DNA of 62,592 bases, the filler included, from Deltaproteobacteria bacterium (GTDB lineage Bacteria > JAGRBM01 > JAHCIT01): the NCBI GenBank assembly GCA_026129095.1. It is 3 parts of 3 records of this genome, joined end to end, with 100 filler letters (N's around TTAATTAATTAA, not from the genome) between each part and the next. Parts side by side here need not be neighbours in the genome. Positions count along the whole stretch, not along the records: positions 1 to 30,482 come from JAHCIT010000017.1; positions 30,583 to 59,408 come from JAHCIT010000018.1; 1 more part is not named here. One strand, given 5' to 3'. The notes beneath the pieces were generated by a model. It saw only the letters and a program-made list of their open reading frames with translations. It did not search any database and was not told the origin of the DNA. Below are positions 27,401 through 34,157 of this stretch, one piece after another (the stretch's first letter is position 1; each line of letters starts with the position of its first letter). The position numbers and the translations under genes were made by a program.

Positions 27401-28822
27401 GAAATTCATGTTCAGATACATCTGAAAGATCCCCAGGTGGAAGAAACGCGCCAAGGCCGCGAAGACCGGCTTGCCTCGATGAAAGATGGGATCGCTTCGG
27501 TAGCCCAAAAGCTGGTCACCGATGCGAGTCTACGCAGTAAACTCCATCAGGTTTGGGCGACCCGCTGGCATACCGATAATAAAAACTGGAAAGAGCGACT
27601 TCGCTGGCTGCATGACTGGATTTTGCCACGAGGGATTCGTAAGGAACGGAAAGATAAATTGAAGATGGTGCGGGGAATGGGCGGATTATCAGTCGAACGC
27701 ATCAACTCCATTAAAGCGCTATACCAGATTCAAAAGGCCTATCGCACTCGCCCCGAGCCGGGTGATCCGAGAAAAAACGTCCCTCAAAAGGGAGACAATT
27801 CTCTCAATAAGTTCGGCCAATCCATTCTCGACACCTTGGAAGAACTGCGCACCCAGCGCGTGAAGCAGCTTGCCAGCCGGATTGTCGAGGCCGCACTCGG
27901 AATCGGTATTGAGCCGAAGATCAAAGGTCCCAAGGATGTCCGCCGGCCGCGTGAGCGGATCAAGGATTCGCGCTTTGTTCCCTGCCATGCGGTTGTGATC
28001 GAAAACCTCCAGAACTACCGGCCGGATGAACTCCAGACCCGGCGGGAAAACCGGATGCTGATGAGCTGGGCGTCTGCGAAAGTGCGCAAGGCGCTTCAGG
28101 ATCACTGTTATCTGTATGGCCTTCACCTCCGGGAGGTTTCCCCGAACTACACGTCTCGTCAGGATTCGCGAACGGGAGCACCTGGCGTGAGGTGCACAGA
28201 CGTATCTGTTCACGATTTTCTTACGTCACCTCTTTGGCGGAAAGCGGTCAGCAGGGCAAAGGAGAATATCGGAAAGGGAAACACCGGAAGCGAACTCGAC
28301 CGCTATCTCGAGGGCCTTGATAACAGTCTCCAGAAGGAATGGGGATCAAAAAGCCGCGAGGAACGAAACCAAGCCAGACCAGTCCGTATCCCCCGCAAAG
28401 GCGGGGACCTGTTCGTTTCAGCGGACAAGGACTCGCCCGCCGCAAAGGGCCTCCAGGCCGATCTGAACGCCGCCGCCAATATCGGTCTCAGGGCACTCCT
28501 GGACCCCGACTGGCCGGGAGCCTGGTGGTATGTGCCGTGCGATCCGAAAACGAATATCCCGGTGAAAGAGAAGGTCCTGGGATCGGTTGCATTCGCTGAC
28601 AGCAAGCTTCCGCTGGTTCCTGTCCAAGAGGAATCGGAGTCTGCGAAAAGCAAAAGGGGTAGAACCAGGGGCGCGAAGGAAAAGACCGTCATTAACTGGT
28701 GGCGGGACCTGTCGGCAGAACCGGTTGGCCCCGGAAACGGCTGGAAAAACTACGGTGAGTATCAGAATCGTACTCAGTTCCGGGTCGTCCAGAATCTCCG
28801 GACTCACTCCAAGGATAATTGA
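24446..28822 (+). CDS. cas12b: Type V-B effector Cas12b (C2c1), long clade, 1,458 aa
   Basis: GGAGAGGG RBS before ATG 24446; N-terminus TQRAYTLRL...WKTHVAVNKGAKVFGDWLLTLRGGLDH, recalled from Desulfatirhabdium-type C2c1; RuvC-I RVLSVDLG (D at 26750), RuvC-II VVIENL (E at 28001), RuvC-III QADLNAAANI (D at 28460); cas4/1, cas2, tracrRNA and array adjacent. Confidence 0.9.
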   Translation: MPQNQTITPTQRAYTLRLRGATKDDNSWRDAIWKTHVAVNKGAKVFGDWLLTLRGGLDHNLASDSFGKKTPSETEIRNRKILLALSWLSVESREGAPADYIIPATDTEDTLKEILHGRGVIGKDADEWVAMAAPSLTAAIRDDAVWVNRSKAFDSFAKKMPSGFDRTSASAVIFGFFGKPEAYFFIEAANTSDGDEPGAEEKPPTGKDVDEPADFSNTARSWLSANWGSGEKADTEHVVGTLQRIGKTDLTSFDGDEPEALLRFLVTCCNGQIDPTTDKVTLLKTIGKLIGWKGAPSMGRKALEKVAESRQVTQELIDNLQDKFLSEATDKSEDIGKVIPEWIRQLRPQIEGAIGITFRAPTSDDRERDLIGEYSVLLDHAARRVSIAHSWIKWAEAERQRFEDDAMKKNNIPSAVRDWLDDFCQKRSQTSGAENQYLIRKRALEGWKEIVAAWSTQSCKTRDDRVQRAREKQDELDKFGDINLFERLADDDARVVWESGPDHLINYSAAQVAGHNQQRFKVPAYRHPEPLKHPVFCDFGNSRWSISFDIHEAVKKATKSAAKPAKKKASSNAEVTGEIPSTDDRTLLLGLWNGNSVGDRQLRFASKRLQWDITSPLPNAGEKTEVVRADRFGRAATGAAITESVLAKSIFEQDYWNGRLQAPRAQLDRLAHYLERKGLDWTEESRWDGKARALRDRINWLITFSAKLTPQKGPWLEYADANGLKLYSKPSDDGAYPFSRPGQDKQEKRGSMARLVLCRLPDLRVLSVDLGHRFGAVCAVWHTLSGEQFQRECKAARNEGAEVTVRDLYCHIKFPKKKSNNPSKKQQKEGKDDFHPIRIYRRIGGDLLPDGSPHPAPWARLERQFTIKLQGEDRKTRRATADEMNRVRNFEAEIGLVRRADEKLPIRVDELISQTVRNGRLALQRHGRRAKIAWGFLTDEQHLPGGRFAPLTADARKELYENTLRDWADLATDSRWRDTASRELWEIHVQIHLKDPQVEETRQGREDRLASMKDGIASVAQKLVTDASLRSKLHQVWATRWHTDNKNWKERLRWLHDWILPRGIRKERKDKLKMVRGMGGLSVERINSIKALYQIQKAYRTRPEPGDPRKNVPQKGDNSLNKFGQSILDTLEELRTQRVKQLASRIVEAALGIGIEPKIKGPKDVRRPRERIKDSRFVPCHAVVIENLQNYRPDELQTRRENRMLMSWASAKVRKALQDHCYLYGLHLREVSPNYTSRQDSRTGAPGVRCTDVSVHDFLTSPLWRKAVSRAKENIGKGNTGSELDRYLEGLDNSLQKEWGSKSREERNQARPVRIPRKGGDLFVSADKDSPAAKGLQADLNAAANIGLRALLDPDWPGAWWYVPCDPKTNIPVKEKVLGSVAFADSKLPLVPVQEESESAKSKRGRTRGAKEKTVINWWRDLSAEPVGPGNGWKNYGEYQNRTQFRVVQNLRTHSKDN

Positions 28823-28847
28823 ACTCTGGCAGTAATTTTGGTATAAA
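28819..28847 (+). promoter_or_regulatory. Sigma70 promoter for tracrRNA
   Basis: TTGAAC (28819-24), 17-bp spacer, TG-n-TATAAA extended -10 (28839-47); predicted TSS about 28854. Confidence 0.7.
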
Positions 28848-28853
28848 GGGTTT

Positions 28854-28950
28854 GCTCCTATAGGGAGCCTCGTTTCCACAGAATGTGTCTCCCCCTTCGA
28901 TGGGTTTAGCACTGTGGGGTTTATCAAGTCCGCGTCACTCGTTTGACGTG
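28854..28950 (+). ncRNA. Cas12b tracrRNA
   Basis: 5' hairpin GCUCC-UAUAG-GGAGC; stem UUCCACAG/CUGUGGGG enclosing GUGUC (28885-89, pairs with repeat end GACAC); anti-repeat 28919-36 pairs with repeat nt 13-30 at 16/18; 3' hairpin CGCGUCA/UGACGUG; exact 3' end uncertain. Confidence 0.85.
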
Positions 28951-29156
28951 AGGTGTTCTTTGACAAGTTGGCTTCGGCGAGTGCGGTGGTGGTGCAACTC
29001 CCCCTCGGGGGCACTCGCGCCACGGAAAGCGGCCGTGATCTCACGGTATTACGGCGAGCGGGCGGCCCAGGCAGCGGGTCTGAAATGTCCGGCTCCGGCA
29101 AGCGCTCGCGGATTTGACAGAAATGCCTGCGGTTCCGCCTGGTTGCGAGCGCCGCA
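28951..29156 (+). promoter_or_regulatory. CRISPR leader
   Basis: Non-coding stretch before repeat 1, with inverted repeats GCGAGTGC/GCACTCGC and GCGAGCG/CGCTCGC. Confidence 0.7.
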
Positions 29157-30482
29157 GCCGCCGGAGCCGACGCGGACCTGATCAACTGACACGAGTTCGA
29201 AGTGCGGAAGATCGCGGAACTTCTCGCCGCCGGAGCCGACGCGGACCTGATCAACTGACACAGTTTGTGGGCGTTCCGGCTCAGCGAAAATGGATGCCGC
29301 CGGAGCCGACGCGGACCTGATCAACTGACACTCGATATCCGGCTAGTGTGTCCAATGTGTCTCCGCCGCCGGAGCCGACGCGGACCTGATCAACTGACAC
29401 GCCGTGAGCATGGCGGACGGCGTCCAGAGCGCGTTCGCCGCCGGAGCCGACGCGGACCTGATCAACTGACACTAGCGGAGATCGCCTGCGGCCCATGCGG
29501 CCCTGACGGCCGCCGGAGCCGACGCGGACCTGATCAACTGACACCCTCCAGTTTTTCATCAACCGCCTTGATGGCGCTGGCCGCCGGAGCCGACGCGGAC
29601 CTGATCAACTGACACTATATTCCCTTGTCACCTAGTTTCCCGGCCCTGCTCATGCCGCCGGAGCCGACGCGGACCTGATCAACTGACACCCCCGGAACCA
29701 CAGCGATCCCGGTCGGGCTCACCGGCCGCCGGAGCCGACGCGGACCTGATCAACTGACACGGTGTGCGGCGCCCGCGTGAGCCGAGCCCAGCAGCGCCGC
29801 CGGAGCCGACGCGGACCTGATCAACTGACACCATGTCCAGGCTGCGGATGGCGGGGATCGGGACTGGGCCGCCGGAGCCGACGCGGACCTGATCAACTGA
29901 CACAACTGGAATGGAGGGGAGGGGCCAACCCTCTCCCCTGCCGCCGGAGCCGACGCGGACCTGATCAACTGACACGGCTCGCAGTCCGGGGACGTGACGC
30001 GCCTCAACCGCCGCCGGAGCCGACGCGGACCTGATCAACTGACACTTTACACCGGCCACTGCCGGAACGTGATAAGGAGCCGCCGGAGCCGACGCGGACC
30101 TGATCAACTGACACGATGGGGGCCCGCCGATGTGGGCGGGCTCACGGTGCCGCCGGAGCCGACGCGGACCTGATCAACTGACACCTTGATCTTGCGTTCG
30201 ATCTCATCGCCTTCGTTGCGCCGCCGGAGCCGACGCGGACCTGATCAACTGACACCCGGCCTTCTGGGGCGGGACCACCGGGTCGAAATGCGCCGCCGGA
30301 GCCGACGCGGACCTGATCAACTGACACGCCTTGCCGTAGGAATCCCGCAGGATTCTAGCGGCCGCCGGAGCCGACGCGGACCTGATCAACTGACACCGTT
30401 TCCGGGGCCGCTCCCCGGAACCGGCTCCGAGCCGCCGGAGCCGACGCGGACCTGATCAACTGACACTGACTCCTGGTCTGCG
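29157..30482 (+). CRISPR. CRISPR array: 19 identical 36-nt repeats GCCGCCGGAGCCGACGCGGACCTGATCAACTGACAC, 18 complete spacers (33-38 nt), truncated by the contig end
   Basis: Repeats start at 29157, 29226, 29296, 29365, 29437, 29509, 29580, 29654, 29725, 29796, 29868, 29940, 30010, 30079, 30149, 30220, 30292, 30361, 30431; the 3' CAC end and tracrRNA pairing indicate + orientation. Confidence 0.98.
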
Positions 30483-30582
30483 NNNNNNNNNNNNNNNNNN
30501 NNNNNNNNNNNNNNNNNNNNNNNNNNTTAATTAATTAANNNNNNNNNNNNNNNNNNNNNNNNNNNNNNNNNNNNNNNNNNNN
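30483..30582. other. Artificial contig linker
   Basis: N44-TTAATTAATTAA-N44 (stops in all frames). Confidence 0.97.
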
Positions 30583-30612
30583 TTCTGGGCCGAAAACGGC
30601 GGTCGTCTCATT

Positions 30613-30702
<90 letters not shown>

Positions 30703-30793
30703 GTTTCGGGGCGCAGCGCGCCCGCGGGACCGGTTCTATAGACACGGTCTGGCGGAAAGCCAAGTAATGCCGGAAACAGCCCGGCGGGCCCGG

Positions 30794-31726
30794 TCAGCGG
30801 TCCGCCAGCTCCTTTTTGTACCACCCGGCAGTGAGCTGAAGGCCGCGGGGGATATCCACCGTTGGCGCCCAGCCCAGCTCCCGGCGCGCCTTGGCCGGAT
30901 CGATCACGCTCCGGAGCTGCTCTCCTGCCTTGGCGGGCCCATGCTTCAGCGGTCCCGTGTAGCCGGTATGCCGGGCCAGCTCACGCCAGAGGGTGACCAC
31001 ATCGGTCTCGGTGGCCGTGCCGATGTTGAAAATCCCGTCGGCTCCTTTCCGGAGAACCACGCTGTTTGCCTCGACCACATCGCTCACATAGACGTAATCC
31101 CGCGTCTGGAGGCCATCGCCGTTCACGACCGGCTCTCCACCCTGGAGCATCCGGGTAATGAAGATGGCGACAACACCCGCCTCTCCCAGGTGGTTCTGCC
31201 GGGGTCCATAGACATTGGCATACCGCAGGACCGTGGCGCGGAAACGGCGTTGGCGGTGGTAGTAGTGCAGGTACATTTCCGCCGTCACCTTGCCGATACC
31301 GTAGGGTGACTCCGGCCGCGTGGGGTGTGACTCCGGAGCCGGATAAATCTCCTGCTCGCCGTAACCCGCACCGCCGGAACTGGCGAAGATCACCCGTGCC
31401 ACCCGGTGCCGGGCGCACAGCTCAAAGAGGTTGATACTGGCGAGAATGTTCTGCCGGGCATCGTCCACCGGATCGGCAACCGAGTGACGGACGTCGATCT
31501 GCGCCGCGTGATGGCTCACCACCTCCGGCCGGAAATCCCTGAAGACCGCCTCCACCTCCGGGAAGTCGCCCAGATCGGCCTCCTCGAAGCGGGCCCTGGC
31601 ATTGAGGTTCTCTCTCCGCCCGGTAGAAAGGTTATCCAGCACCAGAATGTCGTGCCCTTCCTCCAGGTAGCGGTCCGCCACCTGTGAGCCGATGAATCCC
31701 GCGCCACCAGTTACCAGTATTCGCAT
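30794..31726 (-). CDS. NAD-dependent epimerase/dehydratase (UDP-glucose 4-epimerase-like)
   Basis: MRILVTGGAGFIGS; YGIGK (YxxxK); LRYANVYGPRQ. Confidence 0.9.
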   Translation of the reverse strand: MRILVTGGAGFIGSQVADRYLEEGHDILVLDNLSTGRRENLNARARFEEADLGDFPEVEAVFRDFRPEVVSHHAAQIDVRHSVADPVDDARQNILASINLFELCARHRVARVIFASSGGAGYGEQEIYPAPESHPTRPESPYGIGKVTAEMYLHYYHRQRRFRATVLRYANVYGPRQNHLGEAGVVAIFITRMLQGGEPVVNGDGLQTRDYVYVSDVVEANSVVLRKGADGIFNIGTATETDVVTLWRELARHTGYTGPLKHGPAKAGEQLRSVIDPAKARRELGWAPTVDIPRGLQLTAGWYKKELADR

Positions 31727-31825
31727 GGGAACCCATGTAACCGGACCGGATGCGGGGGACAAACGCCCCCTTGCCTTCCTTGCCCCCCGCTGCCATGCCT
31801 CTGTCCGGAGGCATCAGGGAATCCC

Positions 31826-32647
31826 ATGAAGACACTGAAGGACCGGGTGGCGGTGGTAACGGGAGCGGCGAGCGGCATCGGCCGGGCGTCGGCGCTGGAG
31901 TTCGCACGGGCGGGCATGGACCTCGCGCTGGCGGACCTGAACGAGACAGGACTGGAAACCGTGGCGGGCGAGATCCGTGCACTCGGCCGCCGGGCGATTT
32001 GCGTCCGTACGGACGTGACCCGCAAGGCGGATATCGAAAACCTCCTGAAAGGCACGCTGGCCAAACTGGGCGGTGTTCATGTGGTGATGAACAACGCGGG
32101 CATCACCGTGGTGGGCGGCGCCTGGGAATCCACCGACGAGGACTGGAAACGGGTCATCGATATCGACCTGTGGGGCGTGATCCACGGCTGCCGCGTGTTC
32201 GCCCCGGTGCTGGCGAAGCAGGGCGAGGGGCATATCGTGAACACGGCCTCGGGCGCGGGACTCATGGCGGTGCCGGGCATGGTCTCCTACACGACCGCCA
32301 AGTTCGGCGTGGTGGGGCTCTCGGAGGGCTTCCGGTGGGAACTTTCTCCGTATGGCGTGGGGGTCACGGTCGTGTGTCCCGGCGTCGTGAAAACCAGTAT
32401 CGTGGCATCGGCCGAGTTCAGGGGCGGCCACCAGACCGGCAGGGAAGAGGCGCTCAAGATCATCGAGTCTGGTGTTGCGCCGGAGAAGCTGGCAAAAAAG
32501 ATCGTGAAGGCGGTGAAGAACGACGATCCGGTCGTGCTGATCGGCCGCGAGGCCTATGCAATCGCCGCCCTGAAACGCCTCCCTTACGGCGTGGCCGACC
32601 GGTTCGGGAAGCTCATGGCCCGCGAAGTAAAGAAACGGGCAAAGTAA
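31826..32647 (+). CDS. Short-chain dehydrogenase/reductase
   Basis: TGAASGIG, NNAG, YTTAK. Confidence 0.9.
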   Translation: MKTLKDRVAVVTGAASGIGRASALEFARAGMDLALADLNETGLETVAGEIRALGRRAICVRTDVTRKADIENLLKGTLAKLGGVHVVMNNAGITVVGGAWESTDEDWKRVIDIDLWGVIHGCRVFAPVLAKQGEGHIVNTASGAGLMAVPGMVSYTTAKFGVVGLSEGFRWELSPYGVGVTVVCPGVVKTSIVASAEFRGGHQTGREEALKIIESGVAPEKLAKKIVKAVKNDDPVVLIGREAYAIAALKRLPYGVADRFGKLMAREVKKRAK

Positions 32648-32683
32648 CCGGCAAGGCGGACTTCATAGAACCCGGCCAACTTC

Positions 32684-34132
32684 TCATAAAGGAGCCGGAA
32701 GCTGGGATCCGCCCATGAGGTAGATATCCGCATGGTGCGCGGCGGTTCGCCCCTCGGCGAGCGCCCAGACAACAAGCGACTGGCCACGGGTCATGTCGCC
32801 AGCGACGAACACGCCGTCAACACTGGTCCGCTTGTTGGGCCCCGCCTTCACGTTGCCCCGCTGGTCCAGTTCCACGCCGAGGTCTTCGATCAGCTTGCTC
32901 TTCTCCGGGCCCAGGAAACCCAGCGCGAGGAACAGCATGTTGCACTTCACCTCGAATTCCGAACCCGGAATCTCCTCGAAGGTCATGCGGCCATCGGGGT
33001 GCTTGGTCCAGTTGAGGCGGATGCAGTGCAGCTTTTCGAGCTGGCCGTTCGAGCCGGACAGCGACTTCGTCTGGATGGCATAGTCCCGCTCGCCGCCTTC
33101 CATATGCGCCGACGACGTACGGTAGATGAGCGGCCAGAGCGGCCAGGGGTTGTCCGCCGCACGGGCGTCCGGCGGCCGCGGCATCAGCTCGAACTGCGTG
33201 ATCGAGCGTGCCCCCTGCCGGATGGACGTTCCCAGGCAGTCGGCACCGGTATCGCCGCCGCCCAGTATCACCACGTCCTTGCCCTCGGCCGACGGGAACT
33301 GTTCCGGCGGGATCTTGTCGCCGGCAATCCGCTTGTTGGACGGGGTGAGGAAGTCCATCGCGAGGTAAACGCCATTCAGTTCGCGTCCGGGGACGTTGAT
33401 ATCACGCGCCTGGGTGGCGCCGCCGCACAGGACAATCGCGTCGAACTGCTTGCGGAGCTCCGCCGCGGTGATATCGACGCCAACATTGACTCCCGTGCGG
33501 AAGGTAACGCCTTCGGCTTCCATCTGCTTCATGCGCCGGTCGATCAGATGCTTTCGCATCTTGAAGTCGGGAATCCCGTACCGGAGCAGGCCGCCGATCC
33601 GGTCCGCCCGCTCGAACAGCGTAACGGCATGGCCCGCCCGGGCGAGCTGCTGGGCGCAGGCCAGTCCGGCGGGCCCCGATCCCACGACGGCGGCTTTCTT
33701 GCCGGTTTTCACCTTCGGCGGCTGCGGACGGATCCAGCCTTCACGCCAGGCATGGTCAATGATCGTCACTTCGATCTGCTTGATCGTCACGGGCGGCTGG
33801 TTGATGCCCAGCACGCAGGCGGCCTCGCAGGGCGCCGGACAGATGCGGCCTGTGAACTCGGGGAAATTGTTCGTGGCATGCAGCCGGTCGATGGCATCCT
33901 GCCAGCGGTTCCGGTACACCAGGTCGTTCCAGTCGGGGATGATGTTTCCCAGCGGGCACCCGTTGTGGCAGAAGGGAATGCCGCAGTCCATGCAGCGCGA
34001 GGCCTGCTTCTGGAGCGTCTCCTCCGGAAACGGCTGATAGCACTCCTCGTAGTCGTGGATTCGTTCCTCGACCGGACGGTAGGAGGGGAGCTCGCGCTCC
34101 GCAATCTTCAGGAATCCGCTTGGGTCACCCAT
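32684..34132 (-). CDS. gltD: Glutamate synthase small subunit
   Basis: MGDPSGFL; RCMDCGIPFCHNGCP; GSGPAGL; GGGDTGADC. Confidence 0.95.
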   Translation of the reverse strand: MGDPSGFLKIAERELPSYRPVEERIHDYEECYQPFPEETLQKQASRCMDCGIPFCHNGCPLGNIIPDWNDLVYRNRWQDAIDRLHATNNFPEFTGRICPAPCEAACVLGINQPPVTIKQIEVTIIDHAWREGWIRPQPPKVKTGKKAAVVGSGPAGLACAQQLARAGHAVTLFERADRIGGLLRYGIPDFKMRKHLIDRRMKQMEAEGVTFRTGVNVGVDITAAELRKQFDAIVLCGGATQARDINVPGRELNGVYLAMDFLTPSNKRIAGDKIPPEQFPSAEGKDVVILGGGDTGADCLGTSIRQGARSITQFELMPRPPDARAADNPWPLWPLIYRTSSAHMEGGERDYAIQTKSLSGSNGQLEKLHCIRLNWTKHPDGRMTFEEIPGSEFEVKCNMLFLALGFLGPEKSKLIEDLGVELDQRGNVKAGPNKRTSVDGVFVAGDMTRGQSLVVWALAEGRTAAHHADIYLMGGSQLPAPL

Positions 34133-34157
34133 TATCCCGCTCGTTTCAAACCGGTTT

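Noticed and set aside
24446-28822. TnpB/IS605 transposon or Cas12k (CAST) interpretation
   Set aside because: Too large for TnpB, catalytic triad intact, cas1/cas2 present, and no tnpA or tnsBC/tniQ
30185-30219. Spacer 15 resembles the DEAD-box gene near 46377 (GATCTTGCG.TCGAT)
   Set aside because: Only about 15 nt with a mismatch, and the flanks differ; chance similarity, not self-targeting
29049-30455. Repetitive ORFs such as VSVDQVRVGSGG and RRSRRGPDQLT
   Set aside because: They are translations of the CRISPR repeats
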